Of a DNA stretch of 64,000 nucleotides, positions 12,386 to 23,592 are shown piece by piece; position 1 is the stretch's first letter, and every line of letters begins with the position of its first letter. The notes beneath the pieces are model-generated. The model worked only from the letters and a program-made list of their open reading frames with translations, had not been told where the DNA came from and made no database searches. This stretch comes from Macrostomum hystrix (Eukaryota; Animalia; Platyhelminthes), in contig CATNEN010000003.1 in the NCBI GenBank assembly GCA_950097015.1, forward strand, positions 4,774,001-4,838,000, read 5' to 3'. The translations under genes were made by a program, and so were the position numbers.

Positions 12386-14308
12386 ATGCGTTCGACAACT
12401 ACTACAATGCTTGAGCTGCTGCTTCTGCAACTGCTCGCAAGCCTCGGCTCCAGCAGCCAGCCTCTGGGCTCCAACAGTCGTCTGTGCAAGACTATCACCA
12501 TCACGAACGGAGGGTATGCGAAACACCGGAGCATCAGCCGACTGCACGCAGAACTCAGCGCCAAGGTGGCCGGATGCCAGTATGTGTACGGCGATCTCGA
12601 AATCTTGGACCTCGGTGCTCATGACTTAAGACTTCAGGTGCCTTTTGACGACGCTATCCGTGACCTTGAGACAGACTTTCTCGACTCCATCGTTGAGATA
12701 AGCGGGCGGTTATTCATTAAACATGTCAACTTGACGCGAATCACCTTGCGCAACCTGCGAACCATACGCGGCTACAATCACAAGAATGTGAGTCCATTCT
12801 ACTCAATGCAAGTCTGGCAGATGAGATTCCCCACCCAACTGGAGCTGCCCAAGCTGAGCGCCATCCTGCAAGGCAGTGTCAACATGATTGGCGAAGTGCA
12901 TGCGGACCTGTACTGCCATTTGACTCGCAGCGTGAACTGGACGAGTCTGTTTCAAAACCCAGCGCTGCAAAAATTCATCGATGGTGCCTCCAAACACGAG
13001 AGTTCCTGCAGTTCAGTACTGAATTGCAGCAGCAGCTGCGACACTGAATGGTCTGGTCGACAGCTCTGCTGGTCAAACGGGGAAGACGGCTGCCAGAGCT
13101 TCAACGGATGTCTCGAGCGACCGTGCCGAAATTGCTACCGACATCCCCAAACAGGCACCGAGGAGTGTTGCAACACCGACTGTCTCGGGGGCTGCTCCGA
13201 CCGACCTGATGGCTGTTTCACGTGCCGCGATGTCATTCAGGATGGGGTTTGCAAGGACACGTGTTCACTCAAGTCGGACCCGAACCCCGGCACGAACAGG
13301 GTCGACAGTTTCAGCTCCAGCATGAAGCGGGTGGGCCACATCTGCGTGAACAAGTGCGAGATGCCGTTTCTCACGAGCTCCAACGAAGAGCACTGCTTGA
13401 GCGAGTGTCCTCAGACTGAGCGTCCGTACCAAGGGGTCTGCAAAAAATGCACCCAGTCGCCTTGCAAGTCCTGCACAATCACCAAGCTAATCATGACTGA
13501 CAATGAGGCCAAGAAGCTCAAGGACGAAAACTGCACGATCTGGCGAACGGATGACTCCTTGGATGTCGGGGGTGTCAAGCTGAGCATAGCCAGTCTGATG
13601 ACGCTGGAATCACTAGAAATACTTTATTGTAGCAAGTTTATGATCAGGAGAAGCGAACGCCTCGTTCAGAATCTTGGATTTCTCAAGAACTTGAAGTTTG
13701 TGTCGGGCGAATTTTCGATAATGATGTTAAAGACAACCTACCTTGGTCTCGCCAAGCTAAGATACGCAAAGCATCTCTCGATTTGGCTGGTGAGCGGTCT
13801 GTGCAAGGCTTGGTACCCGAGCAACAGAATTCATGAAATCACGAATGTCAAGAAGGAGTTTAAAATAGTCGTCACAAAAATCAGCTTCGACAACTCAAGC
13901 GAAGTGTGCCGAAATGCTGCCTGCGACCCTCAGTGCAGAGACGAGTGCTGGGGACCCGGACCGGACATGTGCGTGGCCTGCAGGAGCTTCGAGGTGGACG
14001 GTGTCTGTTATGCCACGTGCAAGCATGCAGGCCGATATCAGCTAGGCACTTTGTGTCTGCCGTGCCACAGTGAGTGCGATGGCGGCTGCAGCGGTCCGAG
14101 CGCTTCGGAGTGCAAGCGATGCCGAAACCTGAAGGAGGACGACAAGTGCGTGGCCTCCTGCAGCCGAGAAATGCGCGTGAGTTTAATGGGCGTCTGCTAC
14201 TCGGCGGCGACAGCGAGGCTCTTTGCAGTCGGCATCGGAGTCGGCCTGCTACTTCTGCTGCTGCTGCCGCTCGCCTGCATGCGTAACCGCAAGCGAATGC
14301 AAAAGTAG
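12386..14308 (+). CDS. Kinase-less EGFR/ErbB-like receptor 1 (signal peptide, L1, furin-like Cys-rich, L2, Cys-rich, TM, short basic tail)
   Basis: Signal peptide MRSTTTTMLELLLLQLLASLG. L1 motifs GCQYVYGDLEI and LRNLRTIRG. Cys-rich ECCNTDCLGGC and CDPQCRDECWGPGPDMCVAC. TM AVGIGVGLLLLLLLPLA, then RNRKRMQK*. The ORF track start at 12230 is probably upstream of the true ATG at 12386. Confidence 0.85.
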   Translation: MRSTTTTMLELLLLQLLASLGSSSQPLGSNSRLCKTITITNGGYAKHRSISRLHAELSAKVAGCQYVYGDLEILDLGAHDLRLQVPFDDAIRDLETDFLDSIVEISGRLFIKHVNLTRITLRNLRTIRGYNHKNVSPFYSMQVWQMRFPTQLELPKLSAILQGSVNMIGEVHADLYCHLTRSVNWTSLFQNPALQKFIDGASKHESSCSSVLNCSSSCDTEWSGRQLCWSNGEDGCQSFNGCLERPCRNCYRHPQTGTEECCNTDCLGGCSDRPDGCFTCRDVIQDGVCKDTCSLKSDPNPGTNRVDSFSSSMKRVGHICVNKCEMPFLTSSNEEHCLSECPQTERPYQGVCKKCTQSPCKSCTITKLIMTDNEAKKLKDENCTIWRTDDSLDVGGVKLSIASLMTLESLEILYCSKFMIRRSERLVQNLGFLKNLKFVSGEFSIMMLKTTYLGLAKLRYAKHLSIWLVSGLCKAWYPSNRIHEITNVKKEFKIVVTKISFDNSSEVCRNAACDPQCRDECWGPGPDMCVACRSFEVDGVCYATCKHAGRYQLGTLCLPCHSECDGGCSGPSASECKRCRNLKEDDKCVASCSREMRVSLMGVCYSAATARLFAVGIGVGLLLLLLLPLACMRNRKRMQK

Positions 14309-14654
14309 TTCTACTTGGCTCGTAGCTGTGCTTAGTTGAACTTTTAACACCTACGCGATACACCAAACCCTACGAGTATCGAGTAGATTAGGACAATTGG
14401 CAGCATACAACTTCTAGTGTTTATGACTGGAAAAGTTTATTTTTGGTTTTTATTAGCTTCCATTATATCGATTATTTATTTACTAAAATAATCCTATATT
14501 AAGGAAAATCTGAAAGAAGCTAAAGTTTGTTGTTACGGCAGGCCAGTTTTCTCTTCAGGCTCTCCATCGTGAGCTCAATGGCTTGACGCTGCAACTCATT
14601 AACTAACACTTATCCAGATATATAGCCTTAAAAAGCATTTTATTAACATTTTAA

Positions 14655-14740
14655 TAACTCATGAACTCACTCGTGAACTCACTGATGAACTCAACCATAA
14701 ACTCACCCATAAACTCACCCATGAACTCACCCATGAAGTA
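14655..14740. repeat. Short 12-bp (ATGAACTCACYC)n array
   Basis: Same unit as the much larger array at 38810-40070. Confidence 0.8.
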
Positions 14741-14964
14741 ATCTATAAACCAAAAATTCGCATGAATTCAGGAACTCAATTGAGTTGTATTGTTATTTAG
14801 TTCTCTAAATCTGATTCAAACCTAAAAAATAGACCGCATTTTTTTACTTTAAGAGCTGGCTCGTGTTTCAATTTAGCTGGAAATAAGACTTTCGTAAATA
14901 AAAAAGACTTTATTAAAATTTAATCTTCTATCTAAATTTAAACAGGAAGTATAATTCAAATGAA

Positions 14965-15292
14965 AATCTTGCTTGCTTGTGAGTAATTGATTTTCCCACG
15001 AACGGCTCAACCGATTTTCACTATTTCTTCACTAAAAGATGCCAAATTAAATATGGGGACAATTATACACGTGTTTTTATTAAGCTTCACTTCATTGCTA
15101 AAGGGGTTAAAAATTTGAAAAACTGTTTTAGATAGGATTTTTAATGCATTCAATCAGAGCCAGTTTTGTCAACGTGCATACCACTGCCAATTTTAACGAT
15201 TGCATCAGGGCCAGTTTTGTTAAAAGTGAGCAAACTGATAAGAATTTCACTGTAAAATGTAAATTTTAGCTGTGTGAACCCCACTGGCGAGA
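14965..15292 (+). mobile_element. Non-autonomous Helitron/Helentron-like interspersed repeat
   Basis: GAACGGCTCAACCGATTTTCAC...GCTGTGT.AACCCCACTGGCGAGA is shared with 25210-25533. The AACGGCTCAACCGATTTT motif after a short microsatellite is typical of Helitron-type non-autonomous repeats. Confidence 0.5.
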
Positions 15293-17075
15293 TATTAGTT
15301 TTCAACTTCTATTTCAAACTAAGTAACTTCTATTTCGCCCGGCGGCTCTCCGGCTGGCGTTAGTCATGTGGTAGAATGAAGGAAACTTCAATTTCGCCCG
15401 CGGGGGAGGGGGGTTGCTCGTGTGTACCCGATTAGTAACTTCAATTTCGCCCACGGGGAGGGGGTGCTCGTGTGTACCCGATTAGTAACTTCAATTTCGC
15501 CCACGGGGAGGGGGTGCTCGTGTGTACCCGATTAGTAACTTCAATTTCGCCCACGGGGGGGGTGCTCGTGTGTACCCGATTAGTAACTTCAATTTCGCCC
15601 ACGGGGGGGGTGCTCGTGTGTACCCGATTAGTAACTTCAATTTCGCCCACGGGGAGGGGGTGCTCGTGTGTACCCGATTAGTAACTTCAATTTCGTCCGC
15701 GATACCGACCTGTCCAAGTTAGGGTAAATCAATTTCACAAAAAGTAACTTCTATTTTGTCTTTAATTTTTTTCATCCGGCTTTAAACAGACTTTTAATAT
15801 TAATATTTATTTTTAACGTGTCAGGCAAGACAATGGACGACCCCATTGTCAGAAGAAAGTCAGAACGCGTAATGATGGATCGAGCCGTTTGCTTGTTGAT
15901 CCCCAACTGGACAGCAAGCTGCAGCCAGTCAGCATTTTCTTCAAATGCAGAGATCTGTGGCCGGTCTGTTTGAGACACCTTTCCGTAATTTCTGCGAGGC
16001 ATTTCTGTGACTTGAACAAAGTTGACATGATTGAGAGAGAGATCTCGTTCTTAATATATATACATTAATACTATTAATATATTATAACAAGATTGGAGCT
16101 TCAAGAGCGGCTGATGTGAAAGCGTCGGCGCTATCCAATTTTCCAATTAGCTGAATTTATTGTGATTCTGTTATAAATTCACAGGGCCATAAATCTCTCG
16201 ACACTCGAAAGAAAATTATTGTAATTCCACTGCGGCGGAGTCGGTGGCGGCGTCGGCGAAGATCAAAGGCAAGGACAAAGTCCGTATTTCACAGAGCGGA
16301 CGCAAACACAAATCGCTGTGCTGAAGAGACGAAATTGAAGTTACTAATCGGGTACACACGAGCATCCCCTCCCCGCGGGCGAAATTGAAGTTACTAACGC
16401 GAGCCGGAGAGCCGCCGGGCGAAATTGAAGTTACTAACGCGAGCCGGAGAGCCGCCGGGCGAAATTGAAGTTACTAACGCGAGCCGGAGAGCCGCCGGGC
16501 GAAATTGAAGTTACTAACGCGAGCCGGAGAGCCGCCGGGCGAAATTGAAGTTACTAATCGGGTACACACGAGCATCCCCTCCCCGCGGGCGAAATTGAAG
16601 TTACTAACGCGAGCCGGAGAGCCGCCGGGCGAAATTGAAGTTACTAACGCGAGCCGGAGAGCCGCCGGGCGAAATTGAAGTTACTAACGCGAGCCGGAGA
16701 GCCGCCGGGCGAAATTGAAGTTACTAACGCGAGCCGGAGAGCCGCCGGGCGAAATTGAAGTTACTAACGCGAGCCGGAGAGCCGCCGGGCGAAATTGAAG
16801 TTACTAACGCGAGCCGGAGAGCCGCCGGGCGAAATTGAAGTTACTAACGCGAGCCGGAGAGCCGCCGGGCGAAATTGAAGTTACTAACGCGAGCCGGAGA
16901 GCCGCCGGGCGAAATTGAAGTTACTAACGCGAGCCGGAGAGCCGCCGGGCGAAATTGAAGTTACTAACGCGAGCCGGAGAGCCGCCGGGCGAAATTGAAG
17001 TTACTAACGCCAGCCGGAGAGCCGCCGGGCGAAATTGAAGTCACTTAGTTTGAAATTGAAAGTTGAAAACCAATA
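15293..17075 (-). mobile_element. Internally deleted foldback-type DNA transposon with long TIRs and subterminal repeat arrays
   Basis: Left end TATTAGTTTTCAAC..TTTCAAACTAAG..TTTCGCCCGGCGGCTCTCCGGCTGGCGTTAGT is the reverse complement of the right end. GCGAGA flanks both sides (15287-15292, 17076-17081). ~58-59-bp repeats on the left arm and 40-bp repeats on the right arm share the core GGGCGAAATTGAAGTTACTAA in opposite orientation. Confidence 0.85.
15772..16002 (-). pseudogene. Truncated transposase N-terminal HTH fragment
   Basis: MPRRNYGKVSQTDR..ISAFEENADWLQLAVQLGINKQTARSII resembles the N-terminal helix-turn-helix of DDE transposases. No catalytic domain follows. Confidence 0.55.
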
Positions 17076-17146
17076 GCGAGACATCTACTCATTTCTTACT
17101 ACAACATAAATAAATCATCAAACCTTGTCTCGATTTCAATCGAGAA

Positions 17147-17294
17147 AGGGTCCAACAGTTTTCTAAATGTGTCCAACAGTTTTCTAAATGTGTCCAACAG
17201 TTTTCTAAATGTGTCCAACAGTTTTCTAAATGTGTCCATCAGTTTTCTAAATGTGTCCATCAGTTTTCTAAATGTGTCCATCAGTTTTCTAAAT
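17147..17294. repeat. 21-bp tandem repeat (GTGTCCAWCAGTTTTCTAAAT)n
   Basis: Seven direct copies. Confidence 0.9.
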
Positions 17295-17514
17295 AATTCA
17301 TTTATTCAGGTCACTCTACAGCTATTATGAAAATTCGTTTCAGAGAACTGACAATTTAACAACTTACTTTTTGATTGTTCATTCTTGTTACTTCATAATA
17401 ATTTTTAATGACGAGTTGAGGCTATAGTGAACTGATTGAGGATTGAGGATTGAGGATAAATTGAGGATAAGCTGAAAGATAAAAACTATAATTGTTGATT
17501 GCAATAATAGTCAA

Positions 17515-19020
17515 TAAGAGATAGCAGGGATACTAGATAAGAGAGAGAGAGAGAAGGGGGGTTAAATAAAAGAGAGCAGGGAGATTAGATAAGAGGGAGC
17601 AGGGAGATTAGATAAGAGGGAGCAGGGAGATTAGATAAGAGGGAGCAGGGAGATTAGATAAGAGGGAGCAGGGAGATTAGATAAGAGGGAGCAGGGAGAT
17701 TAGATAAGAGGGAGCAGGGAGATTAGATAAGAGAGAGCAGAGAATAGATAAGAAAGAGCAGAGAGAGTAGATAAGAGAGAGCAGAGAGAGTAGATACGAG
17801 AGAGTAGGGAGATTAGATAAGAGAGAGAGAGCAGGGGGGTTAAATAAAAGAGAGCAGGGAGATTAGATAAGAGAGAGCAGAGAGATTAGATAAGAGGGAG
17901 CAGGGAGATTAGATAAGAGGGAGCAGGGAGATTAGATAAGAGGGAGCAGGGAGATTAGATAAGAGAGAGCAGAGAATAGATAAGAAAGAGCAGAGAGAGT
18001 AGATAAGAGAGAGCAGAGAGAGTAGATACGAGAGAGTAGGGAGATTAGATAAGAGAGAGAGAGCAGGGGGGTTAAATAAAAGAGAGCAGGGAGATTAGAT
18101 AAGAGAGAGCAGAGAGATTAGATAAGAGGGAGCAGGGAGATTAGATAAGAGGGAGCAGGGAGATTAGATAAGAGGGAGCAGGGAGATTAGATAAGAGGGA
18201 GCAGGGAGATTAGATAAGAGAGAGCAGAGAATAGATAAGAAAGAGCAGAGAGAGTAGATAAGAGAGAGCAGAGAGAGTAGATACGAGAGAGTAGGGAGAT
18301 TAGATAAGAGAGAGAGAGCAGGGGGGTTAAATAAAAGAGAGCAGGGAGATTAGATAAGAGAGAGCAGAGAGATTAGATAAGAGGGAGCAGGGAGATTACA
18401 TAAGAGAGAGCAGGGAGATTAGATAAGAGAGAGCAGGGAGATTACATAAGAGAGAGCAGGGAGATGAAATAAGAGAGAGCAGAGAGATTAGATAAGAGAA
18501 AGCAGAGAGAGTAGATAAGAGAGAGCAGAGAGATTAGATAAGAGAGAGAAGAGAGATAAGATAAGAGAGAGCAGAGAGAGTAGATAAGAGAGAGCAGAGA
18601 GATTAGATAAGAGAGAGCAGAGAGATTAGATAAGAGAGAGCAGAGAGAGTAGATAAGAGAGAGTAGGGAGATTAGATAAGAGAGAGCAGAGAGAGTAGAT
18701 AAGAGGGATCAGGGAGATTAAATAAGAGAGAGCAGAGAGAGTAGATAAGAGAGAGCAGAGAGATTAGATAAGAGAGAGCAGAGAGATTAGATAAGAGAGA
18801 GCAGAGAGATTAGATAAGAGGGAGCAGAGAGATTAGATAAGAGAGAGCAGAGAGATTAGATAAGAGAGAGCAGAGAGAGTAGATAAGAGAGAGCAGAGAG
18901 ATTAGATAAGAGAGAGCAGGGAGAGTAGATAAGAGAGAGTAGGAGATTAGATAAGAGAGAGTAGGGAGATTAAATAAAAGAGAGCAGAGAGAGTAGATAA
19001 TTGAGAGCAGGGAGATTAGA
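17515..19020. repeat. 22-bp purine-rich satellite with higher-order blocks
   Basis: GCAGGGAGATTAGATAAGAGRG units. The variant GGGGGTTAAATAAAAGAG recurs about every 240-280 bp. Confidence 0.95.
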
Positions 19021-19599
19021 AAACAAAGATTAATGCCTATCTATAACTAGGTCTAGATTATACCAATTCCTATCTATAACGAGATGTAGACTAGATCAAT
19101 TCCTATGTATAACTGTGGTTAGACTTGGTCATAGTCACTTATAACCAAATCTACACAGGATTAATTATCTATAGACAGATTCGTGTTTGAAGAAGGAACT
19201 ATACTTTTAGAGGATAGGATTAAATATGCTAGATTATCTCTATTGCCAATATTAGCTTTGAAACGAATTTCTCTATCCAAGACCGTGTGTATAAATTTAG
19301 GAATGCTGCTGATGGAAAAACTTTAGAAAATATCTGCTCAAATGAATGAATGGAGGGAATTATTCAGGTACAGTCACAAATGAGCAATTACATATTCCAC
19401 TTCACGCGCAGTCAGTTCTTGATGACGTTGTTCTAAGCCAATATGGATTTTCTATTTCTGTATTCTGAGTAGGAGATTTGCCTCAAAATCGCATGATCCC
19501 CCTGGGAAAATAGGAGAGATGTGCCTAGGTACAGAATAATATTAGACGGTTTAGAGCGAGAGAATGTCACGTGATCCTGAATCCCTGCAGTCACGTGGA

Positions 19600-20852
19600 C
19601 TGGGCGGACAGCCTGTTGTGAAGAAGGAAGAAGGCATCATCGAGCGAGCTGACGGCGACGTACCTGATTGGCAATCGAATGTCACCTGCGCCAGGAAGTC
19701 TGACGGGAAGCTTCGCCTCTGCGTCGATCTGCGCAGCGTCAACAAGGCGATTGTCCCAGACTCGATGTCACTGCCAAGCCAACATTCGCCGACCTAGTTA
19801 CCGAGTTTGCCAACTCCAAGTTGTTCTCGCGGATTGATCTCAACCAGTCGTACCTGCAACTGCCGCTGCACGAAGACGCCAAGAACCTGACCTGCTTCCA
19901 CACAGAATCCGGCCTGTAACGATTCAAGCGAATGCCGTTCGGAATCAGCTCAGCTCCGGCGGCCTTCCAGAAGGTCGTCGGCAAGATCCTGGAAGGCATC
20001 GACGGCGTCATGCACTATCAAGATGACATCGCTGCTAGCGTATCGATCGGCCGAACACGCGCTGACCAAGAAGACCCCGGCTGAGCTGATGCTAGGGCGG
20101 AAGCTCCGCCTGCATCTTGACCGGCTTCAACCGGCCGAGCCTGAGTCCGCGCCCAGCCAGGCGCTGCGGCGCACTGTCCAGTAACAACAGCAGCGAGCCG
20201 AAAGTCGCCGGAAACCTTTCAAGCAGAATCAGCAACCGCGGAGCGCCGCATTGACCGTCGGCAGTCGTGTCCGCGTACGCCGACCGAAGAAAAACAAACT
20301 CGGCAGCGGCATCTCCGAGCCGATGACGGTCGTCAGTCGCAAAGGCAACACACTGACGCTAACCGATGGCAGTCGCTGGCACATCAGCCGCTGCATCCCT
20401 GACAACCGCCATGGCTGGTGCGACGATGACGGTGACGGTGAGCTGCCACCACAGCCAGCGGGTGCGCCGACAAGCCCAGCGCCACCAACGCCACCGCTGC
20501 GTCGTTCTGAGAGGAATCGTGCACCGCCTCAATGGTTCGGCAGCGTCGTGACCCACGATTGAGTGTGAACCGACATGTGACTCAATTGACTGTTGTTGAG
20601 AGAGTAATCATATGCGTTGTGAACTGATTAAATGCATGTGCTCAAATTATGCCATCCCGCCCGTGGCCTGTCACCTCTTTGGAGGGGGGATGATGGCCTA
20701 TGTGCACATCTGCTCATAGTGTACCCATATAATCGATGTACATGTGACGTTCAAGAATATATAAACACGGCTCTCGCTACGCGAGAGAGCACCCTCTCCT
20801 TTGGTTAACTTGACTCAGCCTCGTCTCGCTCATTTGGCTAGCGGCCACAACA
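19600..20852 (+). mobile_element. Ty3/Gypsy LTR retrotransposon remnant (RT, integrase C-terminus, PPT, 3' LTR)
   Basis: RT motifs KSDGKLRLCVDLRSVNKAI, FSRIDLNQSYLQLPL, FKRMPFGISSAPAAFQK and YQDD, with stops and frameshifts. Jumps directly to the integrase end (TKKTPAELMLGRKLR; LRRSERNRAPP). PPT GGAGGGGGGA at 20681-20690. LTR TGATGGCC...GGCCACAACA at 20691-20852 with an internal TATATAAA. Confidence 0.9.
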
Positions 20853-21017
20853 CAGCCGAATGAAATACATTATTTGGAATCTGAGTTCTCCCTCCGAGCA
20901 GTTAAATGTTATTGGTACACATGCTGTTTACATTCTGCTGTTGCTTCATGCGTGTTTCCTCAGTTGAAGGTGATGTGCTTGTCCATTCGTATTCTTTAAC
21001 AGTCGTCGACATACGAC

Positions 21018-21472
21018 CAATGTGTGTGTCCTGTTAGAGAATGTGTGTCATTTTAGACAATGTGTGTCCTTTTTACTGTTAGACAGGCCTATTTCCTGTT
21101 AGACAAGGTCTATATCCTGTTAGACAAGGTCTATATCCTGTTAGACAAGGTCTGTATCCTGTTAGACAATGTCTATTTCCTGTTAGACAATGTCTATTTC
21201 CTGTTAGACAAGGCCTATTTCCTGTTAGACAAGGTCTATATCCTGTTAGACAAGGTCTATATCCTGTTAGACAATGTCTATTTCCTGTTAGACAATGTCT
21301 ATTTCCTGTTAGACAAGGCCTATTTCCTGTTAGACAAGGTCTATATCCTGTTAGACAATGTCTATATCCTGTTAGACAATGTCTATTTCCTGTTATACAA
21401 TGTGTGTCCTGCTTGACCTGGAAGACAATTTTTGTGTCCTGTTAGACAATGTGTGTTTCCTGTTAGACAATG
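21018..21472. repeat. 21-bp diverged paralog of the TGTGTCCTGTTAGACAA satellite
   Basis: (TCCTGTTAGACAAKGTCTATW)n, at the position equivalent to 7580-9200. Confidence 0.9.
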
Positions 21473-23592
21473 TGAAATGGTTAGGGAGTTTTGCAAGCCA
21501 CTGACCTGTCCTCGTGAAAGGTGGGAGCTTGGAGATGGCGATAGAGTCGATTGGCTATCTGCCTGGCTACTCGCGAGATGCCGCGGAGAGAAGGTGGGGA
21601 GGAAAGAGGAGACGAGGAGGTTCGATGGATGCAGGGAGTGGTCCTATTGGCCTCAGGCTGGCCAGTCCCACTCGTCCCATAGGCCACAGGCATGACTGCC
21701 GTGCCTACCCCAAGCTGTGTTCGAAACCGGCGAAAAGTCTAAGGAAACATCGGATTGCCCGGAATCGGACAAGACAGGGCCTGGGTAGCCTACTGTCATC
21801 AGTAGTGCGGTGCGCCACTGACTCCTAGCTTTGGTAGCGGTGGTCGAACTGGTCTAGGCTCTTGCCACAGAACTGCGGAAAGGCTATCGGCAAAGCGGAT
21901 AGATGATCTAGGGTAGCGCCACCACCCAATGCGCCTACGTTGCCACCGCAGGCATTTGGGAACTTGGGTCCCCGGAGTACACAGCTCCTAGTTTATCACG
22001 CAGATCTAGACAAGCCGAAAAATAGGGCATTCTGCAACTTCCGTTTTAGACTGGGGTGAGAGCCCCAGAATGGATCGAGACACGCCTCAAAGGGGATTCC
22101 TGAATTCGCGCTACAGGGGTCTAGAAAGGTGGTACTAAGAACTTGAATGAGAATCCATAGCCAGAATCCTACTCATAGCACATCAGGCACATTCCATACA
22201 TTAGACTGCAGCCAGCGCATTAAGTAACTAACAAATCTGAATCTGTGTGAGTTGAGGAGATCAGAGGCTGGAGAGATTAAGCAGAACACTGGCTGAGTGA
22301 TAACGCAAGCGAAAGATTATTAGATCATCACTCTCGCTCCCGTGGCCGCAGTTGCGAAAGGGGGACAGGGGGGAAACTCCATTGGAAAGGGAGTTCGACA
22401 CGTACACTTGTGAGCCCGCCCAAGAGGAAGAAGGAAAGCCGGCCAAGGATTCCCCCAACCCCCTGGGAAGAAATGCACATGCTACCTCCGCATCTGCTTG
22501 CAAATCCCTAGCTCCTTAATTACTCTCGCGCGCTCACAGTTGCCTTCCTGCCGCAGCCTTCAGTTCGGCCTCGCCAGAGCCCACCCCCTAGAAGATTAGC
22601 CACTCATAACTGAGGGCTGTTTATGACAAATAAAAATAGAAGAGAACAAGGAATGGATGTAAATTGTAATTAAATTGGCCTAAAGTAAATATTTGGCTAA
22701 CGATAATTAGTTTATTAGGCTAAAATTCCCAGTGCCCGTTCCCGCTATTGTACCGCCTAGCTATCAGACCAGTCCCTTAGGAACAACAATTAAAAGCCGC
22801 TGCGCGGGTTACTTAACTGAATGCCGGTCGCGTGCTGCAGGCCTGTAGTTCTCGAGGGAGGGCAGGGCAAGACCAGCGAGGACAGAGGAGGGTAAAGCTA
22901 ACTGTGGGCTGGCAGGGGCCAACACACTGATGGGCGCAGAGCGCAATTGATGGCTCACCTAATGAGGTGGCTTGCACTATTCGGGGCTTATAGACAGGCA
23001 ATGAGCCTGTGAGCGCTAGATGAGCTTAAAGCTCTAGGGTCTAAGCCCTAAGTGGAAGAATTTGGTCCGGAAGGGAGGTCCGGTCCTCGGGAGGGTCCGT
23101 GGACAGAAAAGTGTCCGGACGGGGTTGAGTCGGGATCCCGGGGGAGTAGGTGAAGGACTCGGCTCCAGGAGTCCACGTAGGCTTCAAGGGAGCTGAAGTC
23201 CCCGGGAGAAGGTTCTCGGAAAGAAGGGGGTGTCGGGTCCGTGGACAGAAGAGTGTCCGGACGGGGTTGAGTCGGGATCCCGGAGGAGAAGCCTGGCTGG
23301 GGGCAGCGCAGCGCGCTTCCTTAAATAGTCCTGCAGCACGCCAACCTGCACGACATTCATCAAAATAACCCACATCCGCGCCAGCTTGTCATCGAGGAAT
23401 CGGAGCGGCGATAGCCGCCCCGATTACCCAATGAACCGGCGGCGAGAAACGACAGATGCTCCTTTACGAGCAGCCGCCGGCAGTCGGCCAATAATTGTTA
23501 CTCCGCCAGGACAATGGGAAGCGCAGGCGCCTACCTGCCTACAGTGACATTACATGTATCTAAGAGGAAAGGTCATATAATCGAGCTGGGCT
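21473..23592 (-). mobile_element. Truncated, diverged copy of the 2.3-kb LTR-like element at 32936
   Basis: Colinear reverse complement of ~33277-35254. Starts TGAAATGG. Lacks ~340 bp at the other end. Has an internal ~50-bp direct duplication (~23093 and ~23236). Confidence 0.8.

Larger units (their letters stand above)
5305..14956 (+). repeat. Segmental duplication copy 1 (paralogous to 17325-40222)
   Basis: Shared anchors in the same order: TGACAATTTAACAAC..GAGGCTATAGTGAACTG (5329/17349), AG-rich 22-mer array, TGTGTCCTGTTAGACAA array, AGGAGGCC..TAGATATAGAAAAGCC (9221/23597), TGTCCATTATACTCGGCC (10741/32126), EGFR-like gene, ATGAACTCAC array and its 3' flank. Confidence 0.9.

Noticed and set aside
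16330-17040. Regular 40-bp repeats resembling CRISPR repeats or iterons
   Set aside because: The units are identical with no unique spacers. They are the subterminal repeats of the DNA transposon.
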